The position numbers were made by a program, and so were the translations under genes. This document shows positions 6,848-13,989 of a DNA stretch of 13,989 nt, piece after piece. This stretch comes from Candidatus Micrarchaeota archaeon (lineage in GTDB: Archaea; Micrarchaeota; Micrarchaeia; Anstonellales; Bilamarchaeaceae). Where the stretch lies: positions 1 to 13,989 of the forward strand of contig JBGFRX010000023.1 of the NCBI GenBank assembly GCA_041694885.1, written 5' to 3'. The notes beneath the pieces were generated by a model, which searched no databases, was not told the DNA's origin, and saw only the letters and a list, made by a program, of their open reading frames with translations. The first letter of the stretch is position 1; every line of letters begins with the position of its first letter.

Positions 6848-9160
6848 CTATATTTCCTCTATTGACGTAGGCGCGTTCGCGTCCTTGTCCCTGCTCATTT
6901 TGTATGCGCCAGCGAATTCAGAGCCCATGAGCCCTTCTTCGTGCGTGATTACGAAGCTCTGCTCTATCAGTTCGGGGAGGTTGTTCTGGAGCACATGTGC
7001 CAATACAGTCACTGCCTCCTTGTCTAAGTTGTGCGTGGGCTCGTCGAGCACGAGCATGCTCATGTTCGGCGTGAGGACTGTCGCGAGCGATATCCTGAAG
7101 GTGAGCGCGAGGCACGCCCTTTCCCCTCCACTCACTAATTCCGCAGACCTCCACATGCTGTCGTAAATCTCGAATTCGTAGCCCTTCCCGTCAGCTGCGA
7201 GGCGCAGCCCCTTGTAATCTTCATATGGATAGACGATGGGCCATATACTGCTCATCGTGGTGTTTATCGCCTCTATCACTTCCCTCCTCAGCCCGGACTG
7301 GGTCTCGAGCAGCGCATTCTTGTATATCGAAAGCTCTTCTTCCAACTTCAGCAGTGCGCCTATCTCCTTCTCCAGCGCTTCCATTTCTGCCCTTTCCGAT
7401 GAGACAAGGGCGAGCAGTTCGGCCTCGCTTTTCAACTGCGAAACCATCGCATCTGCCTGCGAGGAAAGACGTTCGAGTTCGAGCCGCTTTTCCTCTACCT
7501 CCTTCCGCGCATTCTCGAATTCCACCTCACTGAACCCAAGCGCTGCGAGTTCTGATTCGCATTTCCCGAGCAGCGTTTCCATCTGCACAAGTTTGTTTTT
7601 TCTGAGCAGCAGCTCCTCTGCTTCCCTGCATTCGGCTGCTGCCTGCTGGTAAGCATCAGCCGACTTCTCCACTCTCTGCCTTTCCGCATCCAGCGCCTCC
7701 TGGGTCTTGGACAATTGTACGCGCAGCAGCGCAAGGGATTTTGAAATTTCCCTGTACTGTGCCGCATTTTCTCCGAGCAGGCGCTGCCTCTGCACTATCG
7801 TTTCTGCAGCGCGCATTTTTTTCCCGAGCTGCGCACAATAGGCGCTTTTTTCTTCCTTCAGCAGCAAAGCAGCTTCCATCTCGCTTTTTTTCCGCTTTAT
7901 CTCGTCCTTATATTCGGCAAGCACGTGCACAATCCCTTCTCTCGTGAGCCCGGTTCTGCACAGCGGGCATTTTGAAAGGTCAGGAGAAAGGTTGCGCGAC
8001 GCCTCCTCTAATTTTTTTATTTCCGAGGAAAGGGACTGGCAGAGCGCTGCCTGCTTCAGGGCTTCGCACTCCGCGCCATGCATTTCAGCAGCCGCCTCTT
8101 CAGGTTTTTTTCCCGCAAGCAGGCGCCCGAGCTCCTTTTCCGCGTTTTCCAGCTCGGATTTCGCATTTGCCGCTGTCTCGAGGCGGCTTTCGAGCGCGCC
8201 TGCTTCTTTCGAGAGCAGGTTCTGCCCTGCCTCGAACCCTTCGAACGCCTTTTTCTCTGTTGCGAGCGCCTTTTCAGCATCCGCCTTTTTCTTCCTTGCA
8301 TCGTCCACAAACCGCTCGCTTATTTTCTCCCAGTCCTTTCCCGAGAGCTCTTCCTTCAGCTGTTCTATCGCTCCCTTTGCCCTTGCCATGTCCTGCCTGT
8401 GTGCATCCATCTTCTTTTTTTTCGCTTTCAATTCGAGAAACATCGAATCCGCGGTGCAACAGAGCGCCCTGGTTTTTTCCAGCGCGCCCGAAAGCGACTT
8501 TCTCTTCTGCTCGTATCTGGCGCATTTGCCCGCTGCCTCCTTTTCCTTTACTCTTATCTCTTCTAATTTATCTCTGCTGAACCTTGCCTCAAGTGCGAGC
8601 CGGAAATTCCTGGTTTTGTTTATGAGAGTAACAGCGTTCGAGCGCGCGGCCTCGAACCTTATCAGCCCAAGGAGTTCATCCATCTCCACCTTCCTTTTCG
8701 CAGGATCCAGGGTGAGAAAATGGTCTATGTTGTTCTGCTCTGAATATATCGCGCGGCTGAACAGATCGTAATCGATCTGAAGGATATGCTCCACGTATCT
8801 CGTTACCGCGGTCTGGCCTTTTTCCACGAGCTTTCCTTCTGACCCCTTCCGCAATTCGGCATCGCTCGCGATTTTGTTTTTTGTTTTTTTTATTTCGCGC
8901 ATCACTTCGTATTTTTCCCCTTTCCACTCCAGCCTTAATTTTACCCTCGCAAAGTCCCTCTCGTGCCTCATTATCTCCCCGAAGGAGAGCTTGCGGTGCT
9001 CGAGCGCGGGAAAAGTACCGAAAAGGGCGAAACTTATCGCGTCCAGCACCGATGATTTTCCGGAGCCCATTATCCCCACAAGAAGGTTCGTACCTTTGCG
9101 GAACTCAAGGGTAGTGGATTCGTGGGATCTCCAATTCTCCAAATTTATGGAAGTTAACAT
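6848..9160 (-). CDS. rad50: Rad50/SbcC-family SMC-like ATPase, 770 aa
   Basis: Walker A GIMGSGKSS, Q-loop YSEQ, long coiled coils around a central zinc hook CPLC, signature VSGGE, Walker B/D-loop LVLDEPTHNLD, H-loop ITHE. Confidence 0.9.
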   Translation of the reverse strand: MLTSINLENWRSHESTTLEFRKGTNLLVGIMGSGKSSVLDAISFALFGTFPALEHRKLSFGEIMRHERDFARVKLRLEWKGEKYEVMREIKKTKNKIASDAELRKGSEGKLVEKGQTAVTRYVEHILQIDYDLFSRAIYSEQNNIDHFLTLDPAKRKVEMDELLGLIRFEAARSNAVTLINKTRNFRLALEARFSRDKLEEIRVKEKEAAGKCARYEQKRKSLSGALEKTRALCCTADSMFLELKAKKKKMDAHRQDMARAKGAIEQLKEELSGKDWEKISERFVDDARKKKADAEKALATEKKAFEGFEAGQNLLSKEAGALESRLETAANAKSELENAEKELGRLLAGKKPEEAAAEMHGAECEALKQAALCQSLSSEIKKLEEASRNLSPDLSKCPLCRTGLTREGIVHVLAEYKDEIKRKKSEMEAALLLKEEKSAYCAQLGKKMRAAETIVQRQRLLGENAAQYREISKSLALLRVQLSKTQEALDAERQRVEKSADAYQQAAAECREAEELLLRKNKLVQMETLLGKCESELAALGFSEVEFENARKEVEEKRLELERLSSQADAMVSQLKSEAELLALVSSERAEMEALEKEIGALLKLEEELSIYKNALLETQSGLRREVIEAINTTMSSIWPIVYPYEDYKGLRLAADGKGYEFEIYDSMWRSAELVSGGERACLALTFRISLATVLTPNMSMLVLDEPTHNLDKEAVTVLAHVLQNNLPELIEQSFVITHEEGLMGSEFAGAYKMSRDKDANAPTSIEEI

Positions 9161-9281
9161 TCATTTCGCCTTTTCAGAATAACGCTTAAGCTGGGGTGGA
9201 TCAGGATGCCGGTTCTCCGATAATATTGAGGCGAGCATAAGCAGTCGCTGTTATATGGATGGAAAAAATTAAAACCAGAAG

Positions 9282-9932
9282 TTATTTGCCCGCGAGCGTC
9301 TTCCTGTAGTCCTCCATGAACATCTGTATTCCTTTGTCAGTGAGCTGGTGCCTGTACATTTCCGCAAACACTTTCGCAGGGATGGTCGCTATGTGCGCTC
9401 CTATTTTAGCTGCCTCCTCAACGTGCGCGATGCTCCGAACCGATGCGACTATGACTTCTGTCCTGAACCCGTAGTTTTTGTAAATCTGGACTATGTCCCT
9501 TACCACGTCCATCCCTTTCTGCCCTGCGTCGTCCAGTCGGCCTACGAAAGGAGAAACATAACCTGCACCTGCTTTCGCGGCAAGAAGCGCCTGGGATGCG
9601 GAGAATACGAGAGTAACGTTAGTCTTAATTCCATTATTCTCCAGGATGCGCGCTGCCTTGAGTCCTTCCTCGCCCATCGGCACTTTCACCACAGCATTGG
9701 GAGCCCATTCCGCGAACTCCTCGCCGTCCCTTACCATCTGCTCAGCGCTCTCCCCAACCCCTTCCACGCTCAGCGGCCCCTTCATCACATTCGCGATTTC
9801 CTGAATCACCGCCTTGTGCTCGCGGCCCTCCTTCATAATCAGAGTGGGATTGGTGGTAACGCCGTCGCACATCCCGAGTTCGACTGCCTTTTTTATCGCA
9901 TCCGCGTTCGCCGAATCAATAAAGAATTTCAT
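9282..9932 (-). CDS. tal: Transaldolase, small TalC/FSA-family type, 216 aa
   Basis: FFIDSA, GVTTNPTL, Schiff-base Lys in VVKVP, NVTLVFS, ASVRS. Glu in SVEG and Phe in SPFVGR are the transaldolase rather than FSA residues. AGGTGAT SD at 9942-9936. Confidence 0.93.
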   Translation of the reverse strand: MKFFIDSANADAIKKAVELGMCDGVTTNPTLIMKEGREHKAVIQEIANVMKGPLSVEGVGESAEQMVRDGEEFAEWAPNAVVKVPMGEEGLKAARILENNGIKTNVTLVFSASQALLAAKAGAGYVSPFVGRLDDAGQKGMDVVRDIVQIYKNYGFRTEVIVASVRSIAHVEEAAKIGAHIATIPAKVFAEMYRHQLTDKGIQMFMEDYRKTLAGK

Positions 9933-10039
9933 GGTATCACCTGACGTTTTTCAAAAGAAGTTACTGCCAAATCGATACTGCTACTCCCAGGTTCGAACAT
10001 GCTTCTGCTATCCCCTGCGATAACTTTGGAAATGCCCAT
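9929..10039 (-). pseudogene. Truncated N-terminal remnant of an N4/N6 DNA methyltransferase (36 aa)
   Basis: MGISKVIAGDSRSMFEPGSSSIDLAVTS-FEKRQVIP*. It resembles the beta-class MTase start (xIIxGDSRxMxExxDxSVDLVVTSPPY) and diverges exactly where PPY should follow. Confidence 0.6.
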
Positions 10040-10082
10040 CCAGACCATCAATTGATTATTCTGACTTACGGCTGATAAAAAT

Positions 10083-11057
10083 TTATCTTTTGTAATAAGC
10101 AACCGCTTCCTTCGCTGTTTCGCAAATCCCCTGCGCATCCAGTTTGTATTTCCCCATCAGCTCAAGCGCCTCCCCTGATTCCGCGAACCGATCGTAAATA
10201 CCGTGCCTTTTCAAAGGGGTGCCGGAATCTTCGGCAATAACTTCCGCAACCGCGCTTCCTAGGCCTCCGCTGATCTGGTGCTCCTCGACTGAAACGGCAA
10301 GCCCGCACTTTTTCGAGTATTTGATTATGCTCTCACGATCCATGGGCTTTATCGTATGCACGTTTATCACTGCTGCGTTTATCCCGTCCTTTTCAAGCAT
10401 TTCAGCTGCCCTCAGGGACTGATAAACCTCAACGCCGCACGCGAAAATCGCAACATCCTTTCCATCCCTCAAAACATTCGCCTTCCCGATTTCAAACGGC
10501 GTTTTTTCAGTAGTGAAGCCTGGAAGCTTTTCCCTTCCAGTGCGCACATAGCACGGTCCCTTCAGCGCATGCGCCGCATGCAGGGCTTTTTTCGCCTCCC
10601 AGAAATCAGCAGGAACAAGCACGCTCATGTTCGGAAGGGCGCGCATCATCGCAATGTCCTCCAAAATCTGATGGGAAGCACCGTCAGGGCCTACGGTAAT
10701 GCCGGTATGCGAGCCGTGCACGATCACTTTCGAATCATTGTAGCATACCGAGACCCTTATCTGGTCGAAATTCCTTCCAGGACTGAACGCGCCAAACGCG
10801 GAAATTACCGCGGTTTTTCCGCAAGCGGCAATTCCAGAGGCAACGGAGGCCATGTTCTGCTCAGCAATGCCTACTTGTACAAATCGTTCCGGGAATTTCT
10901 CGGCGAACCAGTGGGCTCTGCTGGACTCGGCAACATCGGCAGTCAAAACCCATAAATCAGGATCTTTTTCTCCTAATTCCAGGAGCATCTTCCCAAACCC
11001 ATCTCTTGTCGCCGCCGGCTTTCCGTTCAGATCCAGGTGCATTTCCGGGTTGAGCAT
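10083..11057 (-). CDS. tkt: Transketolase, C-terminal subunit, 324 aa
   Basis: ATRDGFG, LTADVAES, QVGIAEQNM, GPDGASHQ, GPCYVRTGR, HTIKPMD, VEEHQISGGLGSAVAE. Confidence 0.95.
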   Translation of the reverse strand: MLNPEMHLDLNGKPAATRDGFGKMLLELGEKDPDLWVLTADVAESSRAHWFAEKFPERFVQVGIAEQNMASVASGIAACGKTAVISAFGAFSPGRNFDQIRVSVCYNDSKVIVHGSHTGITVGPDGASHQILEDIAMMRALPNMSVLVPADFWEAKKALHAAHALKGPCYVRTGREKLPGFTTEKTPFEIGKANVLRDGKDVAIFACGVEVYQSLRAAEMLEKDGINAAVINVHTIKPMDRESIIKYSKKCGLAVSVEEHQISGGLGSAVAEVIAEDSGTPLKRHGIYDRFAESGEALELMGKYKLDAQGICETAKEAVAYYKR

Positions 11058-11063
11058 AACATC

Positions 11064-11091
11064 ACGGTTTCATGTTTCGGGTTTTCGGTTT
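11064..11091. repeat. Degenerate 7-nt tandem repeat, 4 units, filling the tkt(N)-tkt(C) spacer
   Basis: ACGGTTT CATGTTT CGGGTTT TCGGTTT; same unit family as tRNA intron 1, sharing GTTTCGGGTTT exactly. Confidence 0.8.
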
Positions 11092-11093
11092 CG

Positions 11094-11945
11094 TCATATT
11101 CCGTCCTCTATTTTTTTCCTGTGCTCGAGAAGGACTTCCATTGCCTTCTCTCTTTCTTCCTTGTCCGGCACCTTGCCATGCCACTCGGTAAGGAATTCCA
11201 TGAAAGGGATCCCTTTTCCCGGAACGGTGTTCGCGATTATCATCGTTGGCTTTTCCGAAACCTTACTTTGTTCGCACGCATCTATTATTTCCCTGATGAT
11301 GTGACCGTCTATTTCAATTACTCTCCATCCGAAATCCCGATACTTCTGGGCAAGCGGCTCGAGCGGCATGACCTCTTCGGTAAAGCCGTCTATCTGTATC
11401 TTGTTCCTGTCCATAATGGCGGTGAGGTTGCCCAATTTGTATTTTGCCGCGAGCATCACTGCCTCCCAGTTCTGGCCCTCCTGCTGCTCGCCGTCGCTCA
11501 CCATGCAATAGACGCGCCATTTCCTGTTTTCTGCCTTGCTCACTATTGCCATGCCCACTGCTTGGGAAAGCCCCTGTGCAAGCGGCCCTGAGGAATTTTC
11601 TATTCCTGGCAGGGAACCGCGGTGTGGGTGCCCCTGAAGACGGGAGCCCAGTTTCCTTAGACTCATGAGTTCCTCTTTCGGAAAATAGCCCGCGTTCGCA
11701 AGGGCAGCATAGTATACCGGGCACACGTGGCCGTTGGATAGCACGAACCGGTCGCGCCCTTCCCATTCGGGATTCTGCGGATCGTGTTCGAGAACGCTGA
11801 AGTAGAGGACTGTGAAGATGTCAGCAAGCCCGAGTGAGCCGGCAGAATGGCCGCTCTTCGCCTCGTGCAGCATTTTTATCACGTCCTGCCTTATCGCGTT
11901 TGCCATGAGCTTGAACTCTTTCATGTCTGTGATTTTAGCTTTCAT
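11094..11945 (-). CDS. tkt: Transketolase, N-terminal (TPP-binding) subunit, about 283 aa
   Basis: SGHSAGSLG, RDRFVLSNGH, LQGHP, SGPLAQGLS, SDGEQQEG...DRNKIQIDG, NTVPGKG, WHGK. ATG 11945 (AAGTGGTG upstream) is preferred; GTG 11954 is the alternative. Confidence 0.95.
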   Translation of the reverse strand: MKAKITDMKEFKLMANAIRQDVIKMLHEAKSGHSAGSLGLADIFTVLYFSVLEHDPQNPEWEGRDRFVLSNGHVCPVYYAALANAGYFPKEELMSLRKLGSRLQGHPHRGSLPGIENSSGPLAQGLSQAVGMAIVSKAENRKWRVYCMVSDGEQQEGQNWEAVMLAAKYKLGNLTAIMDRNKIQIDGFTEEVMPLEPLAQKYRDFGWRVIEIDGHIIREIIDACEQSKVSEKPTMIIANTVPGKGIPFMEFLTEWHGKVPDKEEREKAMEVLLEHRKKIEDGI

Positions 11946-12606
11946 GCGCACCACTTATGCTTCTTTTCAGTTTGCCTATCGCCTTACTTATGTTTCCCGA
12001 ACCGAATATCGCGCTCGCTGCCACGATCCTGTTCCCGCCTGCTTTTACTGCTGAAGCAGCGGTTTCGCCGTTTATCCCTCCATCCACTTCGATGGCGAGT
12101 TTCGGGAATTTCTTTCTCAGGAGCGATATTTTCTCCTCGGTCTCTTTTATATATTTCTGTCCCGAGAAGCCGGGGTGCACTGACATTATCAGGATGCGTT
12201 CTGCATCTTTTATGTAAGGAATTATTTTCGCCAGGGATGTTTCAGGGTTTATCGCCAGCCCGAGCTTTCCGCCTGCCTTTTCAACAGCTTTTTTTATTTC
12301 CTCCCAGTTCCAGTTTACTGTCTCAATGTGGACAAGGTGAAGGTGCGCGCCTTTCACTTCCTTTATCCATTTCTCCGGCTTGCGCACCATCCAGTGGAAT
12401 TCGTACTTCAGATTTTTTGGAAGATGGCTGAGTTCTTCAAGCCCTATCGTGAGATTCGGGACGAACTTGTTGTCCATCACGTCTATGTGAATAGTCCTTG
12501 CGTACGGGCTTACCTTGTTCACGCAGTCAAGAAGGGCCTCTTTTGTTTTTACGAGCACAGCGGGGATTATTTCCGCCCTTTGAGTTTTCAAATTGGTAGT
12601 GTTCAT
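11935..12606 (-). CDS. rpe: Ribulose-phosphate 3-epimerase, 223 aa
   Basis: IHIDVMDNKFVPN, FHWMV, LAINPET, IMSVHPGFSGQ, IEVDGGIN; its 3' end overlaps the tkt(N) start. Confidence 0.95.
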   Translation of the reverse strand: MNTTNLKTQRAEIIPAVLVKTKEALLDCVNKVSPYARTIHIDVMDNKFVPNLTIGLEELSHLPKNLKYEFHWMVRKPEKWIKEVKGAHLHLVHIETVNWNWEEIKKAVEKAGGKLGLAINPETSLAKIIPYIKDAERILIMSVHPGFSGQKYIKETEEKISLLRKKFPKLAIEVDGGINGETAASAVKAGGNRIVAASAIFGSGNISKAIGKLKRSISGAHES

Positions 12607-12656
12607 AATCCCACCGAATTAGCAATGAAATGTTAGTGGAATAAAGTATAAAAACC

Positions 12657-12664
12657 TATATAAA
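12657..12664 (+). promoter_or_regulatory. TATA box for the C/D sRNA (region may also drive the divergent rpe operon)
   Basis: AAAAACC-TATATAAA, ending 24 nt before the C box. Confidence 0.6.
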
Positions 12665-12687
12665 TCGCGGATTGCAAAAATAATTCC

Positions 12688-12742
12688 GTGATGACGGAAG
12701 TGATCACTGAGCGAAAGCGATGACGAGAGACGTGCGGACTGA
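12688..12742 (+). ncRNA. Box C/D 2'-O-methylation guide sRNA
   Basis: C box GTGATGA (12688-94), 12-nt guide CGGAAGTGATCA, D' CTGA (12707-10), GC-GAAA-GC tetraloop, C' ATGACGA (12720-26), 12-nt guide GAGACGTGCGGA, D CTGA (12739-42). This is the canonical archaeal 12-nt spacer geometry. Confidence 0.88.
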
Positions 12743-12743
12743 G

Positions 12744-12840
12744 TATCGGATAAATGAAAATTTGGACTATCCGATAATATAAATAATTTTCTTACAAGAG
12801 CTTAGAATATCGGATAAATACATTTTTAAACTATCCGATA
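12744..12840. promoter_or_regulatory. Two tandem inverted-repeat operators, TATCGGATA-N15-TATCCGATA
   Basis: Copies at 12744-12776 and 12808-12840 (64-bp period), four perfect 9-bp half-sites. The second spacer contains TATA-like TTTTAAA (12824-30), about 25 nt before the fic ATG. Confidence 0.8.
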
Positions 12841-12852
12841 CATGATGGACTT

Positions 12853-13767
12853 ATGCCAATAGATGAGAAGTTATATGAACGTATATTGAAAAAGAGGGAA
12901 GAATTGGATAAATTACGGCCATTCAAAAGAGGTGCACTGCTTAGGCTTCAAGAGAGCTTCCGTGTCTCAATGACGTATAACTCAAACGCAATAGAAGGCA
13001 ACTCACTCTCGCTCAGTGAAACAAAACTAGTTCTTGAAGAAGGAGTGACTATTGGCGGTAAAAGTCTTAAGGAACATCTTGAAGTCACTAATCATGCGAA
13101 AGCTATTGATTTCATTGAAACTTTAGTTAGTAAATCAGGCATTACTGAAGGAGATGTACTGAACCTGCATGCAATAATTCTTGACAGAATCGATCCGGAA
13201 AGTGCTGGATTCTATAGGCGTTCCACAGTGCGTATTAGCGGCACAGACTACACACCCCCCAATGCTGCCAAGGTGCCTCGGCTCATGCAAGAAGTCTATA
13301 CGCTATTGAACATTAAAGGTGAACCGATTGAAGCCGCTGCAATAATCCATCAGAAGTTTGTTGATGTTCATCCTTTCATCGATGGAAATGGGAGGACTGC
13401 CCGGCTATTGATGAATTTATATTTAATGCGTAATGGTTATCCCCCTATAATCATTCTTAAGGCGGAGAGAAAGAAGTACATACGAACGATTATTCAAAAC
13501 CAAGTTGAAAAAAATCCTGTTCCTTTTATAAATTTTGTTGCAAAGGCAGCGGAAAGATCCCTGGATATCTATCTTGACTCGCTTGGCCCAGAATCAAAAG
13601 AATATTTAACACTTGCAGAAGCTGCCAAAATTAGCAAAAATAAATATGGTGAAGAATATCTTAGTTTGCTTGCACGTACTGGCAAAATCGGGGCGATTAA
13701 GTTCGGCAGGAATTGGAAAATAACAAAAGAAGCATTAGAGGAATATGAACTGGAACATAAGGTGTAG
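12853..13767 (+). CDS. Fic-family protein (class II) with C-terminal excisionase-like HTH, 304 aa
   Basis: Canonical Fic motif HPFIDGNGRTAR, N-terminal inhibitory motif SNAIEGN, C-terminal YLTLAEAAK...LARTGKIGAIKFGRNWKITKEALEEY (HTH_17/xis-like). Confidence 0.93.
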   Translation: MPIDEKLYERILKKREELDKLRPFKRGALLRLQESFRVSMTYNSNAIEGNSLSLSETKLVLEEGVTIGGKSLKEHLEVTNHAKAIDFIETLVSKSGITEGDVLNLHAIILDRIDPESAGFYRRSTVRISGTDYTPPNAAKVPRLMQEVYTLLNIKGEPIEAAAIIHQKFVDVHPFIDGNGRTARLLMNLYLMRNGYPPIIILKAERKKYIRTIIQNQVEKNPVPFINFVAKAAERSLDIYLDSLGPESKEYLTLAEAAKISKNKYGEEYLSLLARTGKIGAIKFGRNWKITKEALEEYELEHKV

Positions 13768-13854
13768 CTCAGGTTACTCAATTCGAGCCTGGCGTGCGGT
13801 CTGAGTAGAATTCGTTAGCCTGATAAACATAAGGAATTAGGCAAAAGTCGAGGA

Positions 13855-13887
13855 GCGGTTAGGCAACCGCCTATTTTTCGTTGTTTT
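13855..13887 (+). terminator. Hairpin plus T-rich tract downstream of fic
   Basis: GCGGTT-AGGC-AACCGC followed by CTATTTTTCGTTGTTTT. Confidence 0.35.
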
Positions 13888-13989
13888 CCAGCATTTTACT
13901 GGCCAGACGCGGAAATGACCCGTGTTTGTTGAAATCGTCTTTTGCCGTGTTGCTTTCACTGGGAAATTTACGCGGAAGTCGCGGGCAGC

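Noticed and set aside
6885..9182. Many alternative-frame and antisense ORFs within rad50 (likewise within gltX, tal, tkt and rpe)
   Set aside because: Shadow ORFs caused by codon bias of well-supported genes.
12744..12840. Inverted repeats as a Xer/dif site or mini-CRISPR
   Set aside because: dif sites have about 11-bp arms and a 6-bp spacer, not 9-bp arms with 15 bp. Two units with diverged centres and no cas genes do not make an array.
13768..13989. Possible structured RNA, 3' end of a - strand gene, or third copy of the 42-bp repeat (GCGGAAGTC) at the right edge
   Set aside because: Only short pairings (TCAGGTTA/TAGCCTGA, TACTCA/TGAGTA) and a 9-nt match; the open - strand frames have no motif and are cut by the window edge.

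Overview
Archaeal chromosomal window, probably from a DPANN lineage such as Micrarchaeota. This is inferred from archaeal-type TrpRS and GluRS, TATA and GGTGA signals, tRNA introns at non-canonical positions and a non-oxidative pentose phosphate operon. In order it holds: trpS (- strand, runs off the left edge, missing from the ORF track); a three-gene operon of unknown function (44, 203 and 176 aa); an NAD-dependent epimerase; tRNA-Leu(CAA) split by three BHB-type introns; tRNA-Pro(CGG); gltX; a possible pseudokinase; a Rad50/SbcC ATPase with no mre11 beside it; an rpe-tkt(N)-tkt(C)-tal operon carrying a likely DNA-methyltransferase remnant; a box C/D guide sRNA; and an AT-rich Fic-HTH gene behind two tandem inverted-repeat operators. 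The most unusual signals are non-coding. A 7-nt tandem repeat family builds two of the tRNA introns in opposite, complementary orientations and also recurs in intergenic DNA. A ~42-bp direct repeat brackets the tRNA-Leu gene. The C/D sRNA guides appear to point at 16S C1402 and the anti-Shine-Dalgarno tail.
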